Source: a virus
IMG/VR virus record: IMGVR_UViG_3300031521_000066
DNA length: 60,759 nucleotides
Direction: 5' to 3' (one strand)
Position numbers and translations under genes: made by a program
The notes under the pieces: generated by a model
What the model saw: the letters and a program-made list of their open reading frames with translations, nothing else
Databases searched by the model: none
What the model was told of the DNA's origin: nothing
Part shown: one piece after another, positions 44,412 to 53,291 of the stretch
How the letters are laid out: each line of letters begins with the position of its first letter
Position numbering within the stretch: the first letter of the stretch is position 1

Positions 44412-46466
44412 TTAAAAAGGTGTATTAGTATCTGTTGGTTCTTCCCAAAACTCTAAATCTGGTTTCATTTCACTTGGAGCATAGCCGTTAAAATCAATGG
44501 CTCTTTCTTCAACAATATCCTGCCAACCATAAACAATGTTTTCATGATCATAATTCAAAATTCGTTTACTTTCAACTTCAAAATGAAATCCAAATAATAA
44601 ATCCATTGCGCCCAAATCCCTATTTTTGCATATTTCAATAACATTTGAATAATTGAAATATTGAGTAACCACGCTTAAATCAAAAAACTCTTTAGCGCTT
44701 CGCATAAAATCATTGTTTACCCGGTGACAAATAAATACATTATCAACAATGTTTGAGAGGTCAGCCGTCCCACTAATATCATCCTTTCTTAAAAAAGTAA
44801 CAGCTTTCCGGGGATGCGCTACGATATGGATATGAATATTTAATCTTTCGGCAAGTTTATGAATTTCTAAAATTGCCTTGGTTTGAGCCAAATATTTATC
44901 ATTTGATGCTGTACTAAAATCTAAAGCCATAATATTATCAAGCAAAACAATATCAACTTTATTTTCTAAAACCTTTGCTTCAACATCAATCAAAAGTTGT
45001 GAATATTCATTTCCGTATTTATTGTTATAAATGAAATATTTATCATTTAGCCAAGTATCTATTTTTTCACCGATATTAAACGGAACAAAATACAAATTTT
45101 CATACTCAGTTGGTTTTGTATATTGCCTGCCGGCAGCCTGTAAATGTGTCCAGTTTTTCAGTCTCAATGGTGTAAGTTCACCACTAAAAACTATTGCTTT
45201 GAAATTACGGTTTATCGCATTTAGGCAAATTTGATTTAAAATTGTTGATTTTGCAGAGGCATTTTTACCGCTCCAAATTGATACCTCACCTTTGTTAAAT
45301 CCAATTATCTTACGATCTAATTCGGTTAATCCTGAAGGTATTGAAACTATCGTACTTCGATCAACGTTTTTTACCTCACTTAATTGGATAAATTTATTTC
45401 CCTTTTCTTCAATTTTTTGTTGAGGTTGAATGGTTGGCTTTACCGTTTCCCTAGTTTGTTTGTAATTTACTTTTTGATCGTATGCCTGTGGTTCAAATAA
45501 CCTACGAACATCCTGCCATTTGTAATTAGAACAACTATTGTGAAGGCATTTATAACCGATTGCACCATTTTGAAGCTGGAACAAACAAGCGTCTTTTCCT
45601 TTATGTGAACTATCAAATAAGCAGCATTCAAGGTTATAGCGTATTCCCCCGCCGTAACTATCTTTTGATTTAATTAAAATTCCATGATCAGAAATGAAGT
45701 TATCTAAACTAAATTCCTGTTTTCCGTAATTGTTATTGAAAGTAGGTTGTTCTTTTACGGGGAGCATGTCAGCTACTTTCTTAAGAAGCTCAACCGGGGT
45801 TATTTTAATTTGATCTGGTACGCCTTTAATCAAGCTTTCCCGGTGAGGCCTTTCCGGTGTATCTTTTCCTTTTCGGGCTATTGAGCCATAAAGCTTGGTA
45901 ATCCGGGAAGCATTGAAAACAGCCTTATCTATTTCAGCTTTATCATTGGTAAAATACAAATCCAATACCTGTAAAACCTTTTGAAGTAGTTCTTTACTTT
46001 CATTATTGTTTGGAAGGTTTATTTTATAAAGAAGGTGAAAACCGTTACCAGAATCGCAACTAATAGGTTTTGAAAAACCTAAGTCACGAAGAAAAGAAAA
46101 AACTTTGTTTGCTGTATCTTTTGAGTTTAACTTTTCTTCATCTGTCGAACTAACTCCGGTTGCCCGCTTTGTATCGATGTCAATTAAAAGCCAATCCCGG
46201 TTATCAATATCATTATCTGAAGTGGTGTTTTTAGGCTTATCAATGATTTTATTGCTTTGTTCCCTTGAAAAACAAGCTTCATTTATGTGATTTAAAACAA
46301 AATAGATATTAAAATTATTGAACCTTGAAACTTCTTTTACCAGAATATCAATATCCTTAAAATAGCCGCTATATGTTTTCCCCGTTGATTCAATGATTCT
46401 AATTTCAACCACTTCATTAGGTTGCTTCATTAACTCAAAAGTGTATTTTATTTGACGTTCGTTCAT
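44412..46466 (-). CDS. AEP-type primase-polymerase fused to a P-loop (DnaB/RepA-like) helicase
   Basis: LLIDID (DxD), SGNGFHLLY (sxH) and AEIDKAV are the AEP motifs. There is a Cys/His zinc finger (CCLFDSSHKGKDAC...CLHNSC), a Walker A motif (WSGKNASAKST) and a Walker B motif (VLLDNIMAL). Confidence 0.8.
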   Translation of the reverse strand: MNERQIKYTFELMKQPNEVVEIRIIESTGKTYSGYFKDIDILVKEVSRFNNFNIYFVLNHINEACFSREQSNKIIDKPKNTTSDNDIDNRDWLLIDIDTKRATGVSSTDEEKLNSKDTANKVFSFLRDLGFSKPISCDSGNGFHLLYKINLPNNNESKELLQKVLQVLDLYFTNDKAEIDKAVFNASRITKLYGSIARKGKDTPERPHRESLIKGVPDQIKITPVELLKKVADMLPVKEQPTFNNNYGKQEFSLDNFISDHGILIKSKDSYGGGIRYNLECCLFDSSHKGKDACLFQLQNGAIGYKCLHNSCSNYKWQDVRRLFEPQAYDQKVNYKQTRETVKPTIQPQQKIEEKGNKFIQLSEVKNVDRSTIVSIPSGLTELDRKIIGFNKGEVSIWSGKNASAKSTILNQICLNAINRNFKAIVFSGELTPLRLKNWTHLQAAGRQYTKPTEYENLYFVPFNIGEKIDTWLNDKYFIYNNKYGNEYSQLLIDVEAKVLENKVDIVLLDNIMALDFSTASNDKYLAQTKAILEIHKLAERLNIHIHIVAHPRKAVTFLRKDDISGTADLSNIVDNVFICHRVNNDFMRSAKEFFDLSVVTQYFNYSNVIEICKNRDLGAMDLLFGFHFEVESKRILNYDHENIVYGWQDIVEERAIDFNGYAPSEMKPDLEFWEEPTDTNTPF

Positions 46467-47236
46467 TTATTATACTTTGCTTTTAGAACTTTAAACTCAG
46501 CTTGAAATTTTTCTATTTGATAATTTTTATTAATAAGTGATTCAACTTCTCTTAAATATTCGGCTTCGCAATCACCTGTTATATTTTTTTGTGGTTGAAA
46601 AGCTTCATCATTCCAACATTGATTATTAAGAAATGTTTGTGGGTGTTTTTGATATTGCTTGTCTTTAATTGTTAAAAGATATAAAGGAAGGGAATCTTTT
46701 ATTTTTTGCCTGTCAGATTCAGATAATTTTGAATATTTATTTTTACAAGCTTTTATGTCAATCTTTTTATTATAAAGGTTCCAAAATTCTTCAAAAGAAA
46801 AAATAGATTTTATCTCTTCTTCTGGGTCTTGTTCTTCTTCTGGGTCTTGTTCTTGTTGTGATTGTGTATCTATACTGTTTATATACTCTATTAATACAAT
46901 ATCTTTAACCTTTTCAAGTTCCTTATTTATACATGATTGAACCTTTGGGGAATTGCTACCATTGTATTTTAACCAATTTTTAATAGCAATCTCTTTTGTG
47001 ACTTCATTATATCTTATTTTGCCTATTTTAATGAAGTATTCAAATAGTTTGGATATTGTATCAATAGTGTATCCCAAATCAAAAGAAATTTGTTTTTTAG
47101 TGATTTCATAGATTCCACATTGAGACGTTCTTTCATTTGTGAGAAGATAAAGGTAAAAAAGTTTTTTATCCCGATCTAAATCAGAAATAAAACTATCACT
47201 CCAGAAGGTTGTATGAATTTTACGGAATATTGCCAT
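46463..47236 (-). CDS. replisome organiser / DUF4373-like replication initiation protein
   Basis: MAIFRKIHTTFWSDSFISDLDRDKKLFYLYLLTNERTSQCGIYEI matches the DUF4373 N-terminal pattern. Confidence 0.65.
   Translation of the reverse strand: MAIFRKIHTTFWSDSFISDLDRDKKLFYLYLLTNERTSQCGIYEITKKQISFDLGYTIDTISKLFEYFIKIGKIRYNEVTKEIAIKNWLKYNGSNSPKVQSCINKELEKVKDIVLIEYINSIDTQSQQEQDPEEEQDPEEEIKSIFSFEEFWNLYNKKIDIKACKNKYSKLSESDRQKIKDSLPLYLLTIKDKQYQKHPQTFLNNQCWNDEAFQPQKNITGDCEAEYLREVESLINKNYQIEKFQAEFKVLKAKYNK
46816..46851. repeat. perfect 18-bp tandem duplication inside the replisome-organiser gene
   Basis: cttcttctgggtcttgtt occurs twice in tandem and encodes EQDPEE-EQDPEE. Confidence 0.85.
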
Positions 47237-47270
47237 AATTTACAATTTTGTATTTTTAACTCGAAAAAAA

Positions 47271-47441
47271 TTAAAGCAATGATCCATATTTATTAAGGAT
47301 TAATACTTTTTCTTCTTCTGAAAATGAATTGTCTTTCATCTTCTTTGCGAACGTTACCCGGTTACTTTTTATAACTTCGATCAAAGCCTCCTGTTTGATG
47401 TGAAATTCATTAAGTAATCTTTCAATTTTAAACTTAAACAT
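47271..47441 (-). CDS. small HTH-like protein (56 aa, below the track cutoff)
   Basis: MFKFKIERLLNEFHIKQEALIEVIKSNRVTFAKKMKDNSFSEEEKVLILNKYGSLL. It fills an otherwise empty 263-bp gap. Confidence 0.45.
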   Translation of the reverse strand: MFKFKIERLLNEFHIKQEALIEVIKSNRVTFAKKMKDNSFSEEEKVLILNKYGSLL

Positions 47442-47499
47442 TTTTGTTAAATTTTAGTCCTTAAAAAACCGGAATTAACCGGACTACAAATATAGTATA

Positions 47500-47811
47500 T
47501 TATTTTGGATTGGTAATAAAACTTTTGTTTTTAAGTGTAATTTTTTTGTCGGTTGATTCATAAACATTGTTTGAAAACCGACATCTTCCATTTTTACCAT
47601 TTCGGGGGATATATTTTTTACATATTTTTCCGCAAGATTCGCCAACTTCTCCCATTTCAAGAAATTCGGTACACCAGAAATAACCGGAATTATTCATTTG
47701 TTTCTCTTCGGTTAATTCGATCTCGGAAAGATTATTTTCAATCATGTATTCAATGAAGTGTTGTTTTTGGTAGCATTCATCTTCATATTTTGAACTATAA
47801 AATTTAGCCAT
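47500..47811 (-). CDS. hypothetical Cys-containing protein
   Basis: 103-aa ORF with ATG start (..YFWCTEF...CGKICKKYIPRNGKNGRCRF). Confidence 0.55.
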   Translation of the reverse strand: MAKFYSSKYEDECYQKQHFIEYMIENNLSEIELTEEKQMNNSGYFWCTEFLEMGEVGESCGKICKKYIPRNGKNGRCRFSNNVYESTDKKITLKNKSFITNPK

Positions 47812-47816
47812 AATTT

Positions 47817-47978
47817 TTATAGTTTAAAGTCCTCACATTTACTCCGATAGTAACCGTTTAATTTTGGTCTAAAAATAACCCGGTGATTCTTATCACAATG
47901 AATTATTTGATTTGAAAACTCATTAGTTTTTTCAGGGTCAAAGTTAGCGCACCTGGTGCAGTCGATTTTGTTTTCCAT
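47817..47978 (-). CDS. small Cys/His protein (53 aa, below the track cutoff)
   Basis: MENKIDCTRCANFDPEKTNEFSNQIIHCDKNHRVIFRPKLNGYYRSKCEDFKL. Its stop is 5 nt before the next start. Confidence 0.45.
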   Translation of the reverse strand: MENKIDCTRCANFDPEKTNEFSNQIIHCDKNHRVIFRPKLNGYYRSKCEDFKL

Positions 47979-47980
47979 AT

Positions 47981-48199
47981 CTATTTTTGATTAAACTTAT
48001 TAAAATTGAAAAACCTTCTTATCACATATCCCCTTAAAATGCTTGCAATTGTGAAAATAAATGTGATAATTATGTTTTGCTTAAAGGTAACGGGAATATT
48101 TAATAACGGATAAATAAATAGCTGAATTCCTAATGAAACTAGGAACCCAACTATTGTATTTATTATGCTTTCAATAAAGCTAAATTTCTTCGTTTGCAT
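47981..48199 (-). CDS. small membrane protein (2 TM segments)
   Basis: 72 aa; IINTIVGFLVSLGIQLFIYPLL and IIITFIFTIASILRGYVI. Confidence 0.55.
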   Translation of the reverse strand: MQTKKFSFIESIINTIVGFLVSLGIQLFIYPLLNIPVTFKQNIIITFIFTIASILRGYVIRRFFNFNKFNQK

Positions 48200-48209
48200 C
48201 AGAATAAAT

Positions 48210-48404
48210 TTAACTGTTTTTTGTGATTTTTAAATCGTTCAATCCCTGCATTAAAATAATATTCATCGAGTTCGATTCCAACAAATGTAAGGTTTTTCTT
48301 GTCGAGTTGATTGGCTTTGTCAATTGCAATGCCGATCGAAAAATTTCCATGTTGTCAGCATTGAAAAACTGGAAATTTTCTATTTCGTAATTTGGTAGAA
48401 TCAT
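48210..48404 (-). CDS. hypothetical protein
   Basis: 64-aa ORF with ATG start, tightly packed in the block. Confidence 0.45.
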   Translation of the reverse strand: MILPNYEIENFQFFNADNMEIFRSALQLTKPINSTRKTLHLLESNSMNIILMQGLNDLKITKNS

Positions 48405-48415
48405 TTTATCTTAGT

Positions 48416-48640
48416 TTAATCAATCACCACTACTCTTTTACCTTGTATCCTATCGCTCCCAAAATGGAAGTTTTGCACAAAAATAAGCTTATCGCCTCTT
48501 TTGCTTTGTCCGAAATCGTTATTCACACGTTCAAAGAGATACTTTTTGGGCGATTTCCCGGCATATCGGACGTGAATAGGTCTATCACCCATCGAAACGA
48601 GAAATAAGTGTTCTAAATCGGTAAAAATAGGTTGTTCCAT
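48416..48640 (-). CDS. hypothetical protein
   Basis: 74-aa ORF with ATG start. Confidence 0.45.
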   Translation of the reverse strand: MEQPIFTDLEHLFLVSMGDRPIHVRYAGKSPKKYLFERVNNDFGQSKRGDKLIFVQNFHFGSDRIQGKRVVVID

Positions 48641-48746
48641 AATTTCCAGTTTATTTATAAATCCAGAACAAAAAGAAGTGGAAGGGAGTTCTGGTATCCC
48701 TTATCAATCGGACATGACCCCGATCTATCCATCTCAAAGATACAAA

Positions 48747-49322
48747 TTATTTTGATTTTTTGCTTTTATAATCACAAATAATTGTATTTAATTCATCCAA
48801 TATAAGTTTCTTTTCAAATTCTGTGTGTTTCCCGGTCTGGTTTGATTTCCATTGAAGATCATCCATGAATTTTTGACCCTTATATTTTATCAACCACATC
48901 GTAAAGGGGATACTTGTTTTATGTGCGCTAAATTCATTGCCAATATGATGATTTACGCATAAGCAAATCCCGTTATTCACATCCCAACGGACAGTTCTTT
49001 TTGCCCTTGAATTTAAATGATGACTATTTAACGATTTCATACTTCCACAATATTCACATTTCATCCCTGCCTTTAGTTTGACAAATAATGACCAGGCATT
49101 GTCCAATTGTTTATCTATGCCGCCTTTTTTTGGCTTATCAACCGTTGGTTTCCCGGTGAAGAAACTATCCTTTGATTTGCCCGCTTTCTTTTTGTCGTAA
49201 CTCATTCGATATTGACAGGATTGGTGAATCTTAGTCTTAATTGAGGACTTTGGGTTTTGATAAACCATCTTACCGCAGTTAAAACCACATTCACAGGGAA
49301 TATATAGATGTGAATCAGTCAT
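48747..49322 (-). CDS. NinG/Rap-like (HNH-related) recombination endonuclease
   Basis: CEYCGSMKSLNSHHLNSRAKRTVRWDVNNGICLCVNHH fits the NinG C..C...HH....R......N...C..CH pattern. The ATG at 49322 is preferred to the TTG at 49328. Confidence 0.5.
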   Translation of the reverse strand: MTDSHLYIPCECGFNCGKMVYQNPKSSIKTKIHQSCQYRMSYDKKKAGKSKDSFFTGKPTVDKPKKGGIDKQLDNAWSLFVKLKAGMKCEYCGSMKSLNSHHLNSRAKRTVRWDVNNGICLCVNHHIGNEFSAHKTSIPFTMWLIKYKGQKFMDDLQWKSNQTGKHTEFEKKLILDELNTIICDYKSKKSK

Positions 49323-49551
49323 TATCAATTATAAATTTTTTGCTAAACAAAACAACCTGTGTTCGGCATTTTTTGACTCCATTAAAACTCATATTGTATT
49401 CTTTGGCGTATTGAGGGATAGTTTTTGCATTTAAATAAGGTTCAATTATTTGAACCAATTTAATTAAACCTTCATTCGACCATTTCCCATTAAATATACT
49501 TTTGTCAAGTTTATTTAATGCAAGTGTTTCATATTGAGTTAGATTTGACAT
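49315..49551 (-). CDS. hypothetical small protein (possible HTH)
   Basis: 78-aa ORF with ATG start. Confidence 0.5.
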   Translation of the reverse strand: MSNLTQYETLALNKLDKSIFNGKWSNEGLIKLVQIIEPYLNAKTIPQYAKEYNMSFNGVKKCRTQVVLFSKKFIIDND

Positions 49552-49594
49552 GGTTCAATTTTGTGAACTAATGATATACATCGTTATACCACAT

Positions 49595-49768
49595 TTAAGA
49601 AGCCTTGCACGAGCGTTCTACGTATGCAATAAGTTTCTCTTTAAAAGCATCTAAACCACCGAGTTTTTCGATTTTAGATTGCTCAATGTAAAAAGAAACC
49701 TGTACCTTTTTATCGGTAACAGGTTTTCTTCCACTTGCTTTTCTTTTACCTCCGTGTGTTAGTCCCAT
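49595..49768 (-). CDS. small basic protein (57 aa, below the track cutoff; RHH-like DNA binder?)
   Basis: MGLTHGGKRKASGRKPVTDKKVQVSFYIEQSKIEKLGGLDAFKEKLIAYVERSCKAS. Its start overlaps the upstream stop by 10 nt. Confidence 0.45.
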   Translation of the reverse strand: MGLTHGGKRKASGRKPVTDKKVQVSFYIEQSKIEKLGGLDAFKEKLIAYVERSCKAS

Positions 49769-50031
49769 AATGGTTTTTCTCCTCTTGTTACTAATTTAAA
49801 ACCTGCATTTTCCATTGATTTTGCAGAATAATAAAATTTTCTGTAATCAGATTTGCCTTGATTGGTTTTCATATTTTTACCATATTTTTCATAAAACCAA
49901 TCACCTAAAATATATTGAGCATTATACCCAAAACTATTTCTATTTGCTGGATACATTTCTTTTGTTTTTGCATTTGCCCAAACTGTTGTTGCTACGTTTC
50001 CGTTTTTTAAAAGATTAAATTTTGCTTTCAT
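49759..50031 (-). CDS. hypothetical protein
   Basis: 90-aa ORF with ATG start, preceded by a TATATTTG box. Confidence 0.55.
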   Translation of the reverse strand: MKAKFNLLKNGNVATTVWANAKTKEMYPANRNSFGYNAQYILGDWFYEKYGKNMKTNQGKSDYRKFYYSAKSMENAGFKLVTRGEKPLWD

Positions 50032-50084
50032 TTTATTTACTTATTAAGTCTTGGCTTTATTGCTTTTGACTCTACAAATATACA

Positions 50085-50092
50085 ACTCTTTT
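50085..50092 (-). promoter_or_regulatory. candidate -7 promoter box (TAnnTTTG)
   Basis: Plus-strand caaatata is TATATTTG on the minus strand, ~55 nt upstream of the ATG at 50031 in an AT-rich spacer. Confidence 0.35.
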
Positions 50093-50181
50093 TTGAAATA
50101 CAATACATTTTATCGTTTTTTTTTCAAGATTATTTAAAATAAAATGTAAGTAGTTGAAAATAAGACAAATAAAAACGTGGT

Positions 50182-50273
50182 ATAACACGTGCTATACGTC
50201 AGTTTTGCATTAACTTTTTCGGTAACTTGATAATTTCTACAAGCAAAACCGAACGCATAGCACCATCCGTTAT
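50182..50273 (-). repeat. intergenic long-hairpin element (ATAAC...GTTAT family), homolog of 52680..52778
   Basis: The arms gctatacgtcagttttgc (50191-208) and gcaaaaccgaacgcatagc (50243-61) pair over ~18 bp. The two mismatches are A-C on plus, which are G-U on minus. Confidence 0.65.
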
Positions 50274-50281
50274 CGTCAAGG

Positions 50282-50533
50282 CTAATTGGCGGTATCGCTA
50301 TCGGACTCGCTGAATACATCTTTGACAAGTTCAAGTGTTTCATCGCATCCCTTTTTGAATCCGGTTTTCTCGCCTTGAATTGTAAAACAAGCGACAGATA
50401 CAATGAGAAGAAACCAACCGACAGCCATATAAGGCTTTTGAATTTCAATCTTAAAAGGATTGAATTTGATACTTGTATCGCCAATGTATAAGAGTATCGC
50501 GATAAAAAGAATAATTAAAAATGTTGTTTTCAT
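50282..50533 (-). CDS. small membrane protein
   Basis: 83 aa with ATG start; TM segments FLIILFIAILLYI and AVGWFLLIVSVACF. Preferred over the overlapping ORF 50134..50484. Confidence 0.55.
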   Translation of the reverse strand: MKTTFLIILFIAILLYIGDTSIKFNPFKIEIQKPYMAVGWFLLIVSVACFTIQGEKTGFKKGCDETLELVKDVFSESDSDTAN

Positions 50534-50535
50534 GG

Positions 50536-50865
50536 CTAATTGTCTTTTGATTCAGTAACTGAGTTTAAATGTCCTGGGCATCCATGCCCGAAATAATCAA
50601 ATCCTTCGCATGGTTCTCCAAATGGAATTACCTTCCATCCTTTCGCTTGGCATTCGGCTAAATATGCCCTTGCTTCCTTATCTGATGTTTGGCTTCCATC
50701 TTCGTTGTTAAAGATTTTAATTTTTCGGCCTCTATGATTTCTCAAACAGCCTTCAATACTCATGCACATGTGATGCGTTGTGTTGTAAGTTTTACCGGGT
50801 TCCATTTCTTCTGACTTCATAGTATTTGAGTTAATTATTAAGTTTTTAGTTTCAATTGTGTACAT
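50536..50865 (-). CDS. hypothetical Cys/His-rich protein
   Basis: 109-aa ORF (..HHMCMSIEGC...GEPCEGFDYFGHGCPGH). Confidence 0.55.
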   Translation of the reverse strand: MYTIETKNLIINSNTMKSEEMEPGKTYNTTHHMCMSIEGCLRNHRGRKIKIFNNEDGSQTSDKEARAYLAECQAKGWKVIPFGEPCEGFDYFGHGCPGHLNSVTESKDN

Positions 50866-50879
50866 CGAAGCCCTGAACG

Positions 50880-51008
50880 ATAACAGCTAAATAGCGGTCA
50901 AGTCAGGCAGTATTAGTTTGCAATCGGTATCTTTTCGCCCGTAAATAGTGGCTGATATTAACGGAAACCGCCCGTAATCCTGCCCTGCCGCTATTTGCAG
51001 ACCGTTAT
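50880..51008 (-). repeat. intergenic long-hairpin element (ATAAC...GTTAT family)
   Basis: ataac 50880-84 and gttat 51004-08 (containing the TAA stop of the upstream ORF). Stems aaatagcgg/ccgctattt (50889-97/50988-96) and caggcag/ctgccctg. Confidence 0.6.
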
Positions 51009-51301
51009 GCCCCATTTAAAACAGACATAACCGTTTTTAAAGTTTTAATCTTTATTGAAAACCTTTGCTCAAATAAGTAATAGTCTTTGAATTGCTTTAT
51101 TATTTTACTATTACCACCATATAATTGTAGATTTTCAGAAAGTACAAGTTTTCTAATTATTAATGCTTCTGAATGATTCTCTGATTTTGCAACCATAAAA
51201 TATTGTTTTGCTCTTTCTTTATCGTTTGTAAAAGAACGGATAAAAAAACGGGGCATAACAAGTTGTATAGCCGATTGCCGAGTTTCTATGTTATTGTTCA
51301 T
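51005..51301 (-). CDS. hypothetical protein (start uncertain: 51301 or 51256)
   Basis: 98-aa ORF. The first 15 codons overlap a cataacaagttgtata motif shared with the hairpin-element family, so the Met at 51256 is plausible. Confidence 0.5.
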   Translation of the reverse strand: MNNNIETRQSAIQLVMPRFFIRSFTNDKERAKQYFMVAKSENHSEALIIRKLVLSENLQLYGGNSKIIKQFKDYYLFEQRFSIKIKTLKTVMSVLNGA

Positions 51302-51379
51302 TTGTGCTATTTATTAAGTTACTACTAATTCGACAGGTCTGTGCTTTTAATCCGGCACGTATCATACACATACCGTTAA
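51255..51379 (-). repeat. possible degenerate member of the hairpin-element family
   Basis: It starts ataacaagttgtata (compare ataacaagtgctata at 1134) and ends ccgttaa at 51373-79. The internal pairing is less clear. Confidence 0.3.
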
Positions 51380-51417
51380 GTGCAAGCGTAAGAAATCCCT
51401 ACGCTCACACATTGTAC

Positions 51418-51660
51418 TTATGGCAAATCAGGTCTTTTACTTTTAATAGACTTTTGCCATTCAATCATTTTTTGGGCATGTTCTTCTACCATTTGCGCCA
51501 TTTTAGGGTCTCCGTTTTGTAAGCGGAGTTTTGAAGCCCATCGCAATAATAGTTCTGGAGCCATGTTGTCCTGCCCTCTTAAAAGAAATACAGGTTCATC
51601 CTGTGGAATTTTGTTCTCAGGGTCTTGAATCCTGTTGTAATCTGGTCTTGCGTGTAGCAT
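51418..51660 (-). CDS. hypothetical protein
   Basis: The ATG at 51660 (MLHARPDYNRIQDPENKIPQDEPVFLLRGQD...) is preferred to the GTG at 51684. Confidence 0.55.
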   Translation of the reverse strand: MLHARPDYNRIQDPENKIPQDEPVFLLRGQDNMAPELLLRWASKLRLQNGDPKMAQMVEEHAQKMIEWQKSIKSKRPDLP

Positions 51661-51685
51661 AAATTTAAATTTAAACGCCAGCACT

Positions 51686-51808
51686 TAACACTAAATATAA
51701 AATATACGGGTGTTAGTGCATATTTTAACGGTATTACCTTTAATTTACTTTAGTGTATCGGGATAGGATACCGCTTTTAATCCCGTACATTTCATATTTT
51801 TAACGTTA
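51686..51808 (-). repeat. intergenic long-hairpin element, homolog of 1134..1224
   Basis: 18-bp helix between 51693-51710 and 51782-51799 with two A-C mismatches on plus (G-U on minus). Bounded by taac and gtta. Confidence 0.65.
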
Positions 51809-51817
51809 GCAAACAGC

Positions 51818-52114
51818 TTAAAATGGCATTCCATCATTTTTTATGGGATTGAAAAACAATTTTAATCTGTAAGGATATTGGTGATATATTTTGCGCCAAA
51901 GATTCATTTTAAGGTAGTACCAAATTCTTACAAAGAATATTTTAAATTTAGCATACCAATCAAAAGTAAATTGTTCGTACTTACAGGCAAAACATGAACC
52001 ACTATAACAACCCTCGATAACAGTAAATTGTAGCCCTGTTTCTTTAGGAAAGAATCTTGGTTTTATAATACATGGTTTATTGTCCCATGCTGTATGAATA
52101 GCTTTAATTTTCAT
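51818..52114 (-). CDS. hypothetical protein
   Basis: 98-aa ORF with ATG start. Confidence 0.5.
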   Translation of the reverse strand: MKIKAIHTAWDNKPCIIKPRFFPKETGLQFTVIEGCYSGSCFACKYEQFTFDWYAKFKIFFVRIWYYLKMNLWRKIYHQYPYRLKLFFNPIKNDGMPF

Positions 52115-52141
52115 AATATAATTGAATTAATAAAACCGTTT

Positions 52142-52268
52142 GCTAACAAAGTATATAGTGCAGGCGGGCTGTTGTCCCCGTAGGACATACGGTTAATAAT
52201 TTGAGTTTGCAACCTCGCATCAAAAGCTTAGCCAAATTCCCTCCCGACACCATATACAAATCGTTAGC
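52142..52268 (-). repeat. intergenic long-hairpin element (GCTAAC...GTTAGC)
   Basis: An interrupted helix of ~20 bp: gctaac/gttagc, gtatat/atatac, gtg/cac, gg/cc, ggg/ccc. Confidence 0.6.
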
Positions 52269-52270
52269 TG

Positions 52271-52645
52271 CTATATTGCGGAACTTGCAAGCGCATCAGT
52301 ATATTCATCTTTCGTTATTTTGATATACTCTTTATCCTCGCAAATATCACACACTTCAATTCTTATATACTCCCACTCCAATTCAGGTAATTTATCCCAA
52401 TCTTTAGTTTTTGTATTGTATTTTTGTTTATGAATGTGATAATCTTCAACTTTATAGTTGTGTTCACCTTCTTCACATTCAATTCGGCTTGTAGAATAAG
52501 TAACTTCAATTTCTCTGGTTACATTAAATTCTTTTTCACAGCTTCCACATGTTGCAGTTCCTTCATCTTCGCCAAATTCCCAACTATCTTCATCTTCCCA
52601 ACCGCAATAAGGGCAGGTAATATTTCTTTCGTTATTATGTTCCAT
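52271..52645 (-). CDS. zinc-ribbon protein
   Basis: The ATG at 52645 gives MEHNNERNITCPYCGWED...CGSCEKEF...CDICEDKE. The track extension to 52780 runs through a hairpin element. Confidence 0.55.
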   Translation of the reverse strand: MEHNNERNITCPYCGWEDEDSWEFGEDEGTATCGSCEKEFNVTREIEVTYSTSRIECEEGEHNYKVEDYHIHKQKYNTKTKDWDKLPELEWEYIRIEVCDICEDKEYIKITKDEYTDALASSAI

Positions 52646-52679
52646 TTTATTGTTATTTAGTTGTTTAATAAATACAGCA

Positions 52680-52778
52680 GCTAACACGTTGTATACGTCA
52701 GTTTTGCTGGGTAATTTCGTTCTTAATCGATAGTTGAGTGCAAGCAAAACCGAACGCATACAACCACCGTTATGTAGC
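52680..52778 (-). repeat. intergenic long-hairpin element, homolog of 50182..50273
   Basis: It has the same arms as 50182..50273 (tatacgtcagttttgc / gcaaaaccgaacgcata), an unrelated loop, and a compensatory tg..ca in place of gc..gc. Confidence 0.65.
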
Positions 52779-52781
52779 ATA

Positions 52782-53114
52782 TTAAGACTGCACAGCTTCG
52801 GGCTTAAATGCGTGTGGATGCTGTTTCTTTGCTAAAGCGAAAATCCTTTTAAATTCTTCTTTTTGCTCTTTATCCATCATCATTATTTGCATTGTAAATG
52901 ACATTTCCAACCAACCATCGCCAATAAGCCATGATAGGTAATTGTCTTTTTGTTCTTCTGGTAAATGAACTTCCTGTCGATAACCTTTAATAGCATTATA
53001 GGCATTTACAAGTTTCACATCAGGAAAAGTTTTTACGATTGACTCCTTAAATTCTTTTTCAAACTTGGCTGATTCATTTTCGTGGTCGTAACCAAAATAC
53101 ATTAAATCCATCAT
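52782..53114 (-). CDS. hypothetical protein
   Basis: 110-aa ORF with ATG start. Confidence 0.55.
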   Translation of the reverse strand: MMDLMYFGYDHENESAKFEKEFKESIVKTFPDVKLVNAYNAIKGYRQEVHLPEEQKDNYLSWLIGDGWLEMSFTMQIMMMDKEQKEEFKRIFALAKKQHPHAFKPEAVQS

Positions 53115-53145
53115 ATTGTTAAAGTTTTAATTATTAATAAAATAC

Positions 53146-53275
53146 GCTACATAACACGCAATAAAAAACAAAAGGGTATTATCTGTAATTTAAGCGTTGT
53201 AGCTGTTTGCAAGGGTTGTGTCGGTGGATAAGAAAGCGGTTTCTAATCCCTTTCGTTTCTTATTGCCACCGTTAT
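53146..53275 (-). repeat. intergenic structured element (ATAAC...GTTAT family)
   Basis: ataac 53151-55 and gttat 53271-75. Internal helices gctacataac/gttgtagc and ggtggataagaaagcg/cgtttcttattgccacc. Confidence 0.5.
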
Positions 53276-53291
53276 AAGCAAGCATAAGACG

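Noticed and set aside
50134-50484. A 116-aa minus-strand ORF overlapping 50282..50533
   Set aside because: It is out of frame with a better-supported membrane-protein ORF that has an ATG directly after the upstream stop. It also reads straight through the structured hairpin element 50182-50273.
52646-52780. The N-terminal 45-codon extension of ORF 52271..52780
   Set aside because: The extension coincides with hairpin element 52680-52778 and translates to an incoherent peptide. The internal ATG at 52645 starts a clean zinc-ribbon protein.
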